A program made the translations under genes and the position numbers. Positions 1 through 9,523 of a DNA stretch of 64,000 bases are shown piece by piece. The stretch's first letter is position 1. Every line of letters begins with the position of its first letter. Source of the DNA: Fimbriimonadales bacterium (lineage in GTDB: Bacteria; Armatimonadota; Fimbriimonadia; Fimbriimonadales; ATM1). The notes under the pieces were generated by a model, which saw nothing but the letters and a program-made list of their open reading frames with translations, had not been told where the DNA came from and made no database searches. Location: positions 64,001 to 128,000 of the forward strand of contig JBGTLG010000039.1 in NCBI GenBank assembly GCA_041744215.1, read 5' to 3'.

Positions 1-609
1 GAGCTTCAGTCGCGAATGATGAAGCTGTACGCGAAGTACGGAATAAACCCGCTCGCGGGCTGTTGGCCTGCACTAGTCCAACTTCCCTTCTTCTTCTGGG
101 TGTTCTACTGCATGAACGCCTATCGATTCGAGTTTCAATCGGGATACTTCCTCTGGGTGAACCCCGAGACGGCGAAGATGATGCCTGGTATCTTGGCGCC
201 AAACTTGGGCGAGCGGGACATTCCTCTGGTAATCCTCTACGGTATCTCGATGATCGTGAGCACGATGGTGACTCCAGTCGACCCTCAGAACGCGAAACAG
301 ACGCGGATGATAGGAATCATCATGGCCGTTGCGTTCACAGGCATCATGTTGATGCCATTTGCTCCGTTCCCGAGCGCTTTTGTGGTGTATTGGATTGGCA
401 TAAATGTGTTGTCAACGGCGCAATCAATCTACTTATCAAGGCAGCCTATTCCACCTCTCGTTGAAATCCCGGAGTCTGAGAGAAAGAAGGGGGGTATGTT
501 TGGTGGACTGACGCCAACAGACGGACCCGCAAAGAACGGTAACGCCGTTAAGCCGCGAGAGAAAACAGGTGCGCCTAAGCTGCACAAACCGAAGAAGAAG
601 AAAAAGTAA
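1..609 (+). CDS. yidC: Membrane protein insertase YidC, C-terminal part (5' truncated)
   Basis: KLYAKYGINPLAGCWPALVQLP motif, hydrophobic helices, PSAFVVYW, basic C-tail; upstream of jag. Confidence 0.93.
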   Translation, partial: ELQSRMMKLYAKYGINPLAGCWPALVQLPFFFWVFYCMNAYRFEFQSGYFLWVNPETAKMMPGILAPNLGERDIPLVILYGISMIVSTMVTPVDPQNAKQTRMIGIIMAVAFTGIMLMPFAPFPSAFVVYWIGINVLSTAQSIYLSRQPIPPLVEIPESERKKGGMFGGLTPTDGPAKNGNAVKPREKTGAPKLHKPKKKKK

Positions 610-639
610 ACGAATTCCATTTGGGAGGAATCCAAATCC

Positions 640-1401
640 ATGTCGGAACAAACAATCGAAGCAACTGGCAGAACACTTGACGAAGCGAAGCGCGCAGCGG
701 CAGACGCATTAGGCGTTTCCGTAGACGACTGTTCTTTCGAAGTAGTAGAGGAAGGCGCAAAGGGACTCTTTGCCAAGAACAACTACAAAGTGCGGGCGGC
801 TATCGCAGACAAGCCAAAGCCTGTGCGCAAGCGTGTCACTAAGACTGTCGAGAAGGCGAAAGAGCCAGAGACAGGAGCAGCGCAGCCCTCACGACCGGAG
901 GCTCGTGATGATGCGGTTGAGCCGGGTCCTGCCGTCGAAGCGACGGAAGCTGACGGAGAAGCTTGTCGAGATCTAGTGCAAGGATTATTCGGCGTATGCG
1001 AGTTAGACATTGAAGTTGCCGTTGAAGGGATTTCAGGAAAGTACGTAAACCTCAGCCTCTCAGGAGAGGACGTCGGGATGCTTCTTCAATCCAAAAGCCC
1101 GGCCATCGACTCGATTCAGTATCTCTCGAATGCGATGCTTACGCGAGTGCTTCCCGGTGGAGTCCGAATCACGCTTGACGCAAAGAAACACCGCGAACAG
1201 CGGCGCATCGCTCTTGAGGCGGAAGCTCGCGCGATCGCCGACGAGGTAATCAAGATTCAACAAGAAGCGGTGTTCGATGCGTTGCCGGCTCACGAGCGAA
1301 GGATCATTCACCAGTCACTAATCGACTATGAAGGAGTTGAAACTTACAGCGAGGGCGAAGAGCCGAATCGCCGCGTCGTTATCTCGCCCAAGTCAGGGTA
1401 A
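640..1401 (+). CDS. khpB: RNA-binding protein KhpB/Jag/EloR (Jag_N, KH, R3H)
   Basis: IEATGRTLDEA and EEGAKGLF Jag_N motifs, R3H ERRIIH, YSEGEEPNRRVVI; GGAGG RBS; follows yidC. Confidence 0.92.
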   Translation: MSEQTIEATGRTLDEAKRAAADALGVSVDDCSFEVVEEGAKGLFAKNNYKVRAAIADKPKPVRKRVTKTVEKAKEPETGAAQPSRPEARDDAVEPGPAVEATEADGEACRDLVQGLFGVCELDIEVAVEGISGKYVNLSLSGEDVGMLLQSKSPAIDSIQYLSNAMLTRVLPGGVRITLDAKKHREQRRIALEAEARAIADEVIKIQQEAVFDALPAHERRIIHQSLIDYEGVETYSEGEEPNRRVVISPKSG

Positions 1402-3156
1402 CTAGGGCGCGATTTGACACCACTCGTTCCAACTTGTGGCGTTGCTTAAAGACAGCAGGTTGTAGGTTGGCCAGTAGGACTGAGTTGCGGGGCCGAACTC
1501 AATAGAAAGACCAGTTGCGTTTGGCCTTAGCGTATTGTTATGATTGTGCACGACAGCCGCTTGTACTGCAGCCACGACCGCGTCGCAGGCAGAGCCAATT
1601 CCCGAATGGGCGATCAGTGCCTTCAGCCGAGCCGCAACATGCCCCAAGTCACGGTACACATGGCCGTATTGCGCTCCAAAAGCCTCTGAAGACTGGCGCG
1701 CTTGAACAATCTCCGTGTTGTACGTGCCTGCCGTCGCAATCAGCTCGTTCCCGAGAGCATCGATGGCGTTAGCCAAGTTTTGGAGTTGCGAAGTGCGTAC
1801 TGAGCTCTGCGTAATCGCGCGGGTTTCTCCGTAGAACTGGAGCATCCCGAGCCCAAAGTGCTGCAAGAACGTCTCAGTCGGGAGATTTGGGTTGTCTCGA
1901 AGAGGTCCGAAAACGAGGTGATAAGGGAGGCCTTCGCCAGGAGGGCTCTCTTCCGAACCCACGACATAAGCGACTCGATCCTTGACTTCGTAGGCAACTT
2001 CGATCATTTGCATCAAGCTCGCATCCCAAGAGAGGACGTCAATCGTGTCGATCGAGTCCAATGCTTGTGCTAACTCATGCGTCTTGATGTAGGTTCCGAA
2101 CTCGTCGTCAAAACTGACCCCTCGTGTTGGCGCAATCGGCTCTTCGTCGCGCCAACCAGACCCATGATTCCAAACGACGACAACATATCGCTCCGCTGGA
2201 TAGTAAGTCATCCCCCAATTGATGAAGTCCCGCAAAGTTTCCTTTGCACCCATGTCAATTCCCTGCCCAAGATCCTGAACCAGCTCACTCTGGATGTTCG
2301 CCCAGCCATTGTTGGGGTCGTTGTCATAGGTCACGTGGTAGCGCCGCGTGCCGGTCCAAGGTGCGCCAAACCCGAGCGATTGAACTCGCTTCCATTGCAC
2401 GATGAACCGAACATCAGCGTTGTTAGCGACGCGCTCCATCTGGTTGACGTTGAGATCACTGAACGTGTCCAGATCGTTCGCAGCATTCAAGAACACCAAC
2501 ACGGTCCACTTCGTATTCGTTGTTTGAATGGGCGTGACGTTGATGACGGCAGTATTCTGGAAACCGGATTGAGAATCGGTCGCGCGAATCACCCCTTGAC
2601 CTTGCGTCTCACCGATGACAATTCCATCGGAGTTCACACTTGCGTGGCCATTGAGGGCTACCCAGCTGAAGGAGCCAGGAGGTGTGAACAGCGTATCCCC
2701 CGCCGCATCCTTGACGACAGCATAAAGCTGGACACTTCGTTGCACCGCGATGGTTGCGCTCGGCGGCGATACGACGACGGTAGCCGCAGTTCCTTGCACA
2801 CGGGTTCGATATGTCGAGGTCGATGCAGTAAACGAAGCAAGATCATTGATCTCGCCCAGCACGGAACCTTGTGCGCTTGGCTGAGAATACAGCAACACTC
2901 GAACATGATAACTTCCCCGCTTCAGCCCGTTGAACTCAGCCGACTGCACACCGCCTGTGTCGTTGTTGATTACAATCTCCGTGAAACCGCCGGACACAGG
3001 ATCGGCGAGGCGGATGCGCTGGCTCAAGGAGGAGAGTCCGCCAGTCCAATCCGTCGTGTAGATAAGTTTGATAAGTCCTGCTCCGCCTCCACCGCAACCG
3101 CTGAGTGCGAGCAGTCCAGTGACGACGAGCAACAAAGTCCATCGGACGAGAAACAC
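1402..3156 (-). CDS. Lipoprotein with Ig-like (Big_2) domain and clostripain (C11)-family domain
   Basis: LSGC lipobox; VVVSPPSATI Ig-like segment; KWTVLVFLNAANDL, WNHGSGW, WDASLM, VGSEE C11 motifs. Confidence 0.85.
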   Translation of the reverse strand: MFLVRWTLLLVVTGLLALSGCGGGGAGLIKLIYTTDWTGGLSSLSQRIRLADPVSGGFTEIVINNDTGGVQSAEFNGLKRGSYHVRVLLYSQPSAQGSVLGEINDLASFTASTSTYRTRVQGTAATVVVSPPSATIAVQRSVQLYAVVKDAAGDTLFTPPGSFSWVALNGHASVNSDGIVIGETQGQGVIRATDSQSGFQNTAVINVTPIQTTNTKWTVLVFLNAANDLDTFSDLNVNQMERVANNADVRFIVQWKRVQSLGFGAPWTGTRRYHVTYDNDPNNGWANIQSELVQDLGQGIDMGAKETLRDFINWGMTYYPAERYVVVVWNHGSGWRDEEPIAPTRGVSFDDEFGTYIKTHELAQALDSIDTIDVLSWDASLMQMIEVAYEVKDRVAYVVGSEESPPGEGLPYHLVFGPLRDNPNLPTETFLQHFGLGMLQFYGETRAITQSSVRTSQLQNLANAIDALGNELIATAGTYNTEIVQARQSSEAFGAQYGHVYRDLGHVAARLKALIAHSGIGSACDAVVAAVQAAVVHNHNNTLRPNATGLSIEFGPATQSYWPTYNLLSLSNATSWNEWCQIAP

Positions 3157-3231
3157 AGTATATAGGACGCCACTCAGTCGCTTCGGTTCTCATTTCATTT
3201 TCATCTGCCGTCCCATCGGTAGAATGTCCCG

Positions 3232-4968
3232 ATGGCAATTGAGGGTGCGGCTAGGGCAATCTGGACAACCAAGACGCGTGAGCTGGTGCTCGAGGCGGCC
3301 TTAGAGCGTGAACTGGGCATCCCCAAACTCCTCGCTGCGGTCCTCATCGCACGGGGGTTCACCGAGCCTGACGAGGCGTCGAAGTTTTTGTCCCCGAGCC
3401 TCGCCGATCTCCACGATCCGCTCCTGCTCCCAGATTGCGCCGAAGCCGTCCGCCAACTGCTCCAAGCGAAAGAGGCAAACGAGCGGATCTATGTCCACGG
3501 CGATTACGATGTCGATGGAGTTTCAAGTGCTGCCCTTTGGACCCGCAGCCTTCGTAGACTCGGATTTGATGTCGTGCCTCATGTGCCGCATCGCATACGT
3601 GAAGGTTACGGAATTCACCGTCTCGCAGTTGAGGAAGCTCGAGATGCGGGGTGCAAGCTGTTTTTGACGTGCGACTGTGGATCATCCGCGCATGTGACCG
3701 TTGCTATGGCGCGATCCTTCGGCATGCGCGTTGTGGTCACAGATCACCACGAAGTCGGCGACGTCGCCCCGGAGGCAGAAGCTCTCGTCAATCCACACCG
3801 AAAGGACAGCGCTTATCCATACAAGCACTTGGCTGGAGTTGGCGTAGCGTACAAAGTAGCGCAAGCAGTTGCGGAAGAGTGCGGCGCGTCGCGCCAACAG
3901 TTTGAGAGGGCATTCCTTGATTTGGTTGCGCTGGGAACAATCGCCGACGTAGTGCCGCTCACCGGCGAAAACCGAATCCTGGCGTGGCACGGACTTGAAC
4001 GGCTCTCACAAACAAAGAAACCCGGGCTCCGAGCGCTGATTTCTAAAGCAATCAAGAAGCCGGCCCGACCATTGAACTCACGGGATGTTGGGTGGGCTTT
4101 GGGCCCAAGACTGAATGCCGCAGGCCGGATCGACGACGCAGAACACTCGCTTCGCCTGCTGCTCACTGACGATTTCACAGAAGCAGAAGAGAAGGCCGAA
4201 CTCCTAGATCAGCACAATCGATCTCGGCGAGTCGAGCAGGATCGAATCCTCGCTTACGCCGAGGAGATCGTGCTGGAGCGGAGGCTTCACGAGGGCCCGC
4301 TCATCATCGTCGCTGCGCAAGGCTGGCACACCGGAGTAGTCGGAATAGTTGCTGGGAAGCTTGCCGAGCGCTACTACAGACCAAGTTTCGTCGCGAGCAT
4401 TGGTGCTGATGGGGTCGCCAAAGGATCGGCCCGCAGCATCCCAGGGTTCAACCTCCATGACCTGCTGACAGCTCATTCCGACCTATTCCTGTCTGGAGGG
4501 GGCCACGAACGCGCGGCGGGCTTCTCCATCGACGCTGGACGCCTTGAAGAGGCACAGGAGCGGCTGGAAGCGTACGCGGAAAACTTGCTGTCACCAGAAG
4601 ACCTGGTCCCGAAGATCGAGGCGGATTTGACGCTTCATGCCGATGACCTGACGTTCGCGGGCGTGGAGGCACTCAGCAAGTGTGAGCCGTTTGGCGAAGG
4701 TAACCCCGCGGTTCGGTTCGTCATCTCCGGGTCTCCGTTCTCGTTCGTCCAACCCACCTCAAAGCCGGAACATGTGAGGTTTGGTTTGGCGGGCACTGCA
4801 AATCTAACTGGGATCGGATTCTCGTTTGGAGAGCGCCTTGCTCGTTACAGTGCAGGGGACCAAGTCGACTTGCTCGTCGAGCCAGAAATCGACGAGTTCA
4901 ACGGGAGCCGCAAGGTCAATCTGCGACTCACCAACCTACAGTCCGACCGGGAATCTTCCGAGTGTTGA
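3232..4968 (+). CDS. recJ: Single-stranded-DNA exonuclease RecJ
   Basis: HGDYDVDG, TCDCG, TDHH, LGTIADVVPL, PRLNAAGR, GSARS, GGGH motifs. Confidence 0.96.
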   Translation: MAIEGAARAIWTTKTRELVLEAALERELGIPKLLAAVLIARGFTEPDEASKFLSPSLADLHDPLLLPDCAEAVRQLLQAKEANERIYVHGDYDVDGVSSAALWTRSLRRLGFDVVPHVPHRIREGYGIHRLAVEEARDAGCKLFLTCDCGSSAHVTVAMARSFGMRVVVTDHHEVGDVAPEAEALVNPHRKDSAYPYKHLAGVGVAYKVAQAVAEECGASRQQFERAFLDLVALGTIADVVPLTGENRILAWHGLERLSQTKKPGLRALISKAIKKPARPLNSRDVGWALGPRLNAAGRIDDAEHSLRLLLTDDFTEAEEKAELLDQHNRSRRVEQDRILAYAEEIVLERRLHEGPLIIVAAQGWHTGVVGIVAGKLAERYYRPSFVASIGADGVAKGSARSIPGFNLHDLLTAHSDLFLSGGGHERAAGFSIDAGRLEEAQERLEAYAENLLSPEDLVPKIEADLTLHADDLTFAGVEALSKCEPFGEGNPAVRFVISGSPFSFVQPTSKPEHVRFGLAGTANLTGIGFSFGERLARYSAGDQVDLLVEPEIDEFNGSRKVNLRLTNLQSDRESSEC

Positions 4969-6045
4969 TTCAGTTTGTGGAGCTTGCGCGATCGGTGTCC
5001 GTCTAAGCGCGCTTCGCTGCTGTAGCGATGACGGATCAGCCACGACCGCCACTTGTGCCGCCACGAGCGTCGCTCCCCTGCGAAGCTGGAGCTGAACAAT
5101 CTCGCCGACTTGCCGTTCGAACAAGAATGCGGCGAAGTCGAAGCTGTTCTCAATCAAGTCGCCTCCAGCTGTCAAAACGACATCCCCAGGCTTAACGCCC
5201 GCGACCGCAGAAGGCCCTCCATCGACGACCCTCGAGATGACTGTCTGCCCGCTCTTGTTTGTCTCGAAAAAGATGCCGAGATATGGGTGCTGCACGATTC
5301 CATTGTTGCTGACGAACCCGGTTACAACCCGATTGAGAATCTTGAGTCCGAGGGAGTAAGTCGTGGCCGCCGGCCGCGGCCCCTGGATTGTGTCGGCGGC
5401 TCGCTCTGCGAGTGCCTTCGTAGTCCCAGCGTCAATACCTGTTCTCGGGGCGATCCCGCCACCGCCCGCACCTTGGCCGGGGGTCACCAGAGATGCTAAC
5501 AACAATCCTGCGAGATTTCCGGCAGTGTCGAAAAACGGCGCGCCGCCGAGTGGAACCCCTCCCCGTTCAAGCCTCACTTCGATCAAAGGGACGTATCGGC
5601 GACTATAGGACATCACTCCAGTTACGCTGGCCTTAGTGATCTCGGCTCTCGCGGAGCCCGTGGGCAGTACAACGAGGACAGTACCGCGCTCGGTCGCTGT
5701 CGAAAGCTTCGCAGGCTTCACTGCTTCAGGTGCCTGTGCTAGCCGAACCAGCGCGATGTCGGTGACTGAGTCATAAGCTTCGACAGCTAACTTCGTGCGG
5801 AAACCACTCGAAAAAGTCGCGTCCATACCGAGGCGTGGGTTACCATCCGGGCCAAATGCGACGTCCCCAGTAGTAATCGCGATGCCCTTCGGCCCAACTA
5901 CCACTCCCTGACCAAGCGTGACCCCAGAAAGGCTGATGGTCAAGCTGGCGGACTCTGCCGACTCCGCCAGCTTGGAGCTAAGCGGGGACGTCAGGCCGTC
6001 TTGGCCAGACAGTGCAATGGCTAGGCTAATTACTGAGTACCACAT
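4936..6045 (-). CDS. Secreted HtrA/S1C-like trypsin-fold + PDZ protein, catalytic His and Ser apparently absent
   Basis: Signal peptide; GQGVVV, TDIALVRL, GGAPFFDTAGNLAG; PDZ HPYLGI...GPSAVAGVKPGDVV. Confidence 0.8.
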   Translation of the reverse strand: MWYSVISLAIALSGQDGLTSPLSSKLAESAESASLTISLSGVTLGQGVVVGPKGIAITTGDVAFGPDGNPRLGMDATFSSGFRTKLAVEAYDSVTDIALVRLAQAPEAVKPAKLSTATERGTVLVVLPTGSARAEITKASVTGVMSYSRRYVPLIEVRLERGGVPLGGAPFFDTAGNLAGLLLASLVTPGQGAGGGGIAPRTGIDAGTTKALAERAADTIQGPRPAATTYSLGLKILNRVVTGFVSNNGIVQHPYLGIFFETNKSGQTVISRVVDGGPSAVAGVKPGDVVLTAGGDLIENSFDFAAFLFERQVGEIVQLQLRRGATLVAAQVAVVADPSSLQQRSALRRTPIAQAPQTESTLGRFPVGL

Positions 6046-6712
6046 CTCTTGGAGATCTCAATTCTGTCGCATCGCTCGTGCCGTCAATTCCTGAGCCGCT
6101 GGGATTAATGAAGACAACTGCTTCGAGTGCGTCTAGGGACTCCGTGGGGTCCTCTAGTACGGGTGCCGTCCGCGTGGGTGGGTCCACTGTTTTAACGGCC
6201 GCCTTGACAGGCGTGCGCTTACGCACCGCCGGCGCCGCTTTCGCTGGCGCAGACTCGGTCACCACCGGGGTCGACTCTGCAGGCTGAGGCGGCGGAGCGA
6301 GAAACGGGCTCGTTGCAGCACCGAGTCCGGTACCACTTGGCTCAGCTTGCTCTGCGATTACCCGGTCGCTCAGAGGATCAACGGGCTTGTGCGCGTCTGG
6401 CAGGAAAATGTAAATCGCCAACGCAACAGCGGCGACAGCCGAAGACGCGAGGCCGATCCATTGCCACTGCCACCGTCCATTGCTCCGAATTTCGGACGAC
6501 AAAATCGCCTCACGCAAGCTTTCTGCGCTGAGTTGCTGCTCCGGTGGCGCCGGCAGGGATTTGACTCCCGACGCTGCGACGGAGTAAGTGTCGTAAGCAG
6601 TCCGCGCCTCCGAAGATTCTGCAAGCAGATTCTCCGCGAGCACGGCCTCGGCTGCGCTGAGTTCGCCATAGGCATACAGCATCATAAAATCGTCTAGTTT
6701 TTTGCCTTTCAT
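6026..6712 (-). CDS. Transmembrane anti-sigma factor
   Basis: YAYGELS anti-sigma-like N-terminus without HxxxCxxC, one TM helix, Pro/Ala-rich tail; ATGA overlap with ECF sigma. Confidence 0.75.
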   Translation of the reverse strand: MKGKKLDDFMMLYAYGELSAAEAVLAENLLAESSEARTAYDTYSVAASGVKSLPAPPEQQLSAESLREAILSSEIRSNGRWQWQWIGLASSAVAAVALAIYIFLPDAHKPVDPLSDRVIAEQAEPSGTGLGAATSPFLAPPPQPAESTPVVTESAPAKAAPAVRKRTPVKAAVKTVDPPTRTAPVLEDPTESLDALEAVVFINPSGSGIDGTSDATELRSPRDVVLSN

Positions 6713-7356
6713 TTCGTCTTTGGCTCCTGGTCGCGTAGCATCGGCTCAAGGCGATCTCGAAGTGCCCGTCGAGCTCGAAGCACCCTCAGTTTTGCACCTC
6801 CGACTGTACACCCGAGGATTTCACCAATCTCCGTATACTCTCTTTCCTCAAAATCTCGCAAAAGGATAACGTTGCGATGGTGGGCCGGCAACGCCATAAC
6901 CGCTTTACGTACCAATTCTGCGCGGCGATCCGCCTCCATATTCTCGTTGGGATCAACGACTTTCCCTATGGTCATCCACTCAAGCCCGCCGGTCGCCTCC
7001 TGCTGCTCCAGGTTTCCGCGACGGGTTGTCATTCGGCCTCGATCAGTACATAGGTTCGTGACAATGCGTAGAATCCAGGTCGTAAACTTCGCCTGCTCCC
7101 GAAACTTGTGCAGGTTCTGAAACGCGCGCACGAAGGCTTCTTGGGTGGCGTCTTCTGCCTCGTCTCGGGAGTGAGTCATTTGGTATGCGAATCGGTAAAC
7201 CGTATTGCGATGCAGTTCGTAGAGCCGCTCAAAAGACGCGTAGTCGCCGTCGCGGGCTGCGCGAATGAGGTCGTCATCGGTATCCGTCACGCGAACGCCA
7301 TGTGCTGCGGAGAAGGCTGCTGCTTCCATCGGGTCTTTCGGGTCCTTGCGATCCAT
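6709..7356 (-). CDS. ECF-family RNA polymerase sigma factor
   Basis: AEDATQEAFVRA, FTTWILRIVTN (region 2), YTEIGEILGCTVGGAKLRVLRAR (region 4); start chosen at ATG 7356 (ORF track TTG 7371). Confidence 0.93.
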   Translation of the reverse strand: MDRKDPKDPMEAAAFSAAHGVRVTDTDDDLIRAARDGDYASFERLYELHRNTVYRFAYQMTHSRDEAEDATQEAFVRAFQNLHKFREQAKFTTWILRIVTNLCTDRGRMTTRRGNLEQQEATGGLEWMTIGKVVDPNENMEADRRAELVRKAVMALPAHHRNVILLRDFEEREYTEIGEILGCTVGGAKLRVLRARRALRDRLEPMLRDQEPKTK

Positions 7357-7362
7357 GTTCTT

Positions 7363-7387
7363 GACGCTCAATCGGCTTTGCGGTTAC
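7363..7387 (-). promoter_or_regulatory. Putative ECF-type promoter GTAACC-N15-CGTC upstream of the sigma gene
   Basis: AAC-N16-CGT spacing matches the general ECF consensus; CGTC lies 6 nt before ATG 7356. Confidence 0.6.
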
Positions 7388-7409
7388 GATTACAGGGCAG
7401 GATAGCCCA

Positions 7410-7997
7410 GTGAACCCCAAGATGCTCCACATTCTCCGACTCGACGCTCACGAGGCGGCACCTCGGCTCGTTGGTGCCAGGTTCGCCTTCGGTGGCTGCT
7501 CGGGGATCATCGTTGAGGCCGAAGCCTACGGCGAGGCGGACCCTGCCAGCCATTCCTACGGAGGAAGACGGCCACGCAATGCAACGATGTTCAAGGAGGC
7601 CGGAAGGTTATACGTTTATAGGTCGTACGGCGTGCACTGGTGCGTCAACCTGGTCACCGGGCATGAAGGGAGCGGGCAGGCGGTTCTGCTCAGAGCGCTC
7701 GAGCCGAGGGAGGGTGTCGAGCAGATGAAGATTCGGCGGGGGTTCCACTCCGCATTCGAGCGGCTGTGCGCCGGGCCTGGGAATCTCAGCGCTGCCTTTG
7801 GTATCTCCGGCGAACATGACGGCGCGGAGCTGGGTAACGAGTTCGAGCTGTCGGCTTGCGAGGTTCGCAAGGTTTGGGCGGGCCCCCGTATCGGGGTCAC
7901 CCAGGCGGCGATGGTTCCGTGGCGATTCTTCGACCCTGGGTCACGGTTTCTCAGCCGAAAGGCGCTGCGTGGATCTGCCCGAATTGAACCCCGATAG
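7410..7997 (+). CDS. mpg: DNA-3-methyladenine glycosylase (MPG/AAG family)
   Basis: [49 protein letters not shown]. Confidence 0.93.
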   Translation: MNPKMLHILRLDAHEAAPRLVGARFAFGGCSGIIVEAEAYGEADPASHSYGGRRPRNATMFKEAGRLYVYRSYGVHWCVNLVTGHEGSGQAVLLRALEPREGVEQMKIRRGFHSAFERLCAGPGNLSAAFGISGEHDGAELGNEFELSACEVRKVWAGPRIGVTQAAMVPWRFFDPGSRFLSRKALRGSARIEPR

Positions 7998-8071
7998 GCC
8001 GTCTGGCAGAGATTTTCAAAAAAATCTTAAAAAGTTCGCTCAAATTTGCCAAAAGTGCTGTATCTTGATGA

Positions 8072-8140
8072 TTGATCTCTGCTCGTGCAGACAGGCAATG
8101 CGTCAGAAAAGGGGCCCGCTACGGTGGGCCCTACTTCTTT
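8072..8140 (+). ncRNA. Candidate small RNA or leader RNA with two hairpins
   Basis: AT-rich upstream with TATCTT at 8061-8066; hairpin TCTGC-TCGT-GCAGA; 9-bp stem with C(UACG)G loop then T-rich tract. Confidence 0.35.
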
Positions 8141-8143
8141 ATT
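8111..8143 (+). terminator. Intrinsic terminator-like hairpin
   Basis: GGGGCCCGC-TACG-GTGGGCCCT followed by ACTTCTTTATT. Confidence 0.6.
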
Positions 8144-8295
8144 GTCCAAGCTATCGAGGTCATTTGGTGTCACGGGGGCCGAGATTAGGTGGCCTGTGGG
8201 CCCGCATTTCCTCAGACCAGGAATCCTCCCAGCTGCCCCACTGCGCGCTCCGCGTGAAGTTACTGAGCTGGCTACCGAGTAGACTTTTGTTTGGA

Positions 8296-9519
8296 ATGAC
8301 CTCTGAGCGCAGACTTTTCTATCCAAGGCGACCAACGCGCTCGATCCGCGTCGGCGACAAATGGATCGGGGGGGATCACCCGATCCTCGTTCAGAGCATG
8401 ATTACTGAAGAGACGCGGAACGTAGACGCCTGTGTGGACCAGATCATCGCATTGCATGAAGCGGGGTGTGAATTGGTCAGAGTCACAACACCCACACTTG
8501 AGGAAGCACGATGCCTCGAAGAGATTCGCGCAAGGGTGATTGAACGGCACGGTGAGGTTCCTCTCACCGCAGACGTTCACCATCAGGGTGCGCCAATCGC
8601 CATCGAGGCAGCGAAGTGGGTCGACGAAGTGCGTGTGAATCCAGGTCTTTTCGTCTTTCGCAAGCACACTGGTCAAGAGGAGTATTCGTACCAGGAGCAC
8701 GAAGCGGAGCGCGCAGCGATTGAAGAATCCTTTGCTCCCGTTATCGAAGCTTGCAAGTCGCGTGATATTGCTATGCGCATAGGCGTCAATCACGGATCGC
8801 TTTCGGAGAGAATGTTAGTGACGTACGGCGATACACCGGATGGGATGGTGGAAAGCGCTCTGGAATACATTCGCGTTTGCGAGCAGCACGGATATCGCAA
8901 CATCAACATCAGCGCGAAAGCGAGTCGAGTTCCGATCATGCTCGCTGCAAATCGTTTACTAGCAAATCGGATGGACGCAGAAGGCATGGACTATCCGCTA
9001 CACCTGGGAGTGACAGAAGCTGGCGACGGCGATTATGCGCGTATCAAGTCGACAACTGGTATTGCTACATTGCTTGCTGAAGGCATAGGAGACACGATTC
9101 GCGTTTCGCTCGCAGAGGACCCCATTAACGAGATACCGGTTTGTTACGACATACTACAAGCACTCGGACTCCGGCGAACAAAAACTGAGTTTATCGCCTG
9201 CCCATCGTGTGGCAGAACTAAGTTTGATTTGCCAAGCGTCTTCCGGCAAGTAAAGGAGGCGACGGGTCATCTTAGCGGGCTCGATATCGCGGTGATGGGA
9301 TGCATTGTAAATGGCCCGGGCGAAATGGCAGACGCTGACTACGGATACGTGGGAAAGGCCGGTGGGATGATCACCCTCTATCGAAAGCGGGAGCCAGTGC
9401 GCACGATATCTCAAGAGGATGGTGTTGCAGCCCTGATCGAACTTCTCAAGGAAGATGGAGTTTGGATTGAGCCGACCGCCGCCGGTGAGGGCCAGCGTCA
9501 GCTTCGCGTGCTTGGTTAG
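8296..9519 (+). CDS. ispG: (E)-4-hydroxy-3-methylbut-2-enyl-diphosphate synthase
   Basis: [57 protein letters not shown]; start refined to ATG 8296. Confidence 0.96.
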   Translation: MTSERRLFYPRRPTRSIRVGDKWIGGDHPILVQSMITEETRNVDACVDQIIALHEAGCELVRVTTPTLEEARCLEEIRARVIERHGEVPLTADVHHQGAPIAIEAAKWVDEVRVNPGLFVFRKHTGQEEYSYQEHEAERAAIEESFAPVIEACKSRDIAMRIGVNHGSLSERMLVTYGDTPDGMVESALEYIRVCEQHGYRNINISAKASRVPIMLAANRLLANRMDAEGMDYPLHLGVTEAGDGDYARIKSTTGIATLLAEGIGDTIRVSLAEDPINEIPVCYDILQALGLRRTKTEFIACPSCGRTKFDLPSVFRQVKEATGHLSGLDIAVMGCIVNGPGEMADADYGYVGKAGGMITLYRKREPVRTISQEDGVAALIELLKEDGVWIEPTAAGEGQRQLRVLG

Positions 9520-9523
9520 CGCA

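Noticed and set aside
2077-3165. 362-aa plus-strand ORF
   Set aside because: Antisense shadow of the C11 lipoprotein gene; no motifs.
7798-8295. 166-aa N-terminal extension of IspG in the ORF track
   Set aside because: Overlaps mpg and crosses a terminator-like hairpin; homology starts near ATG 8296.
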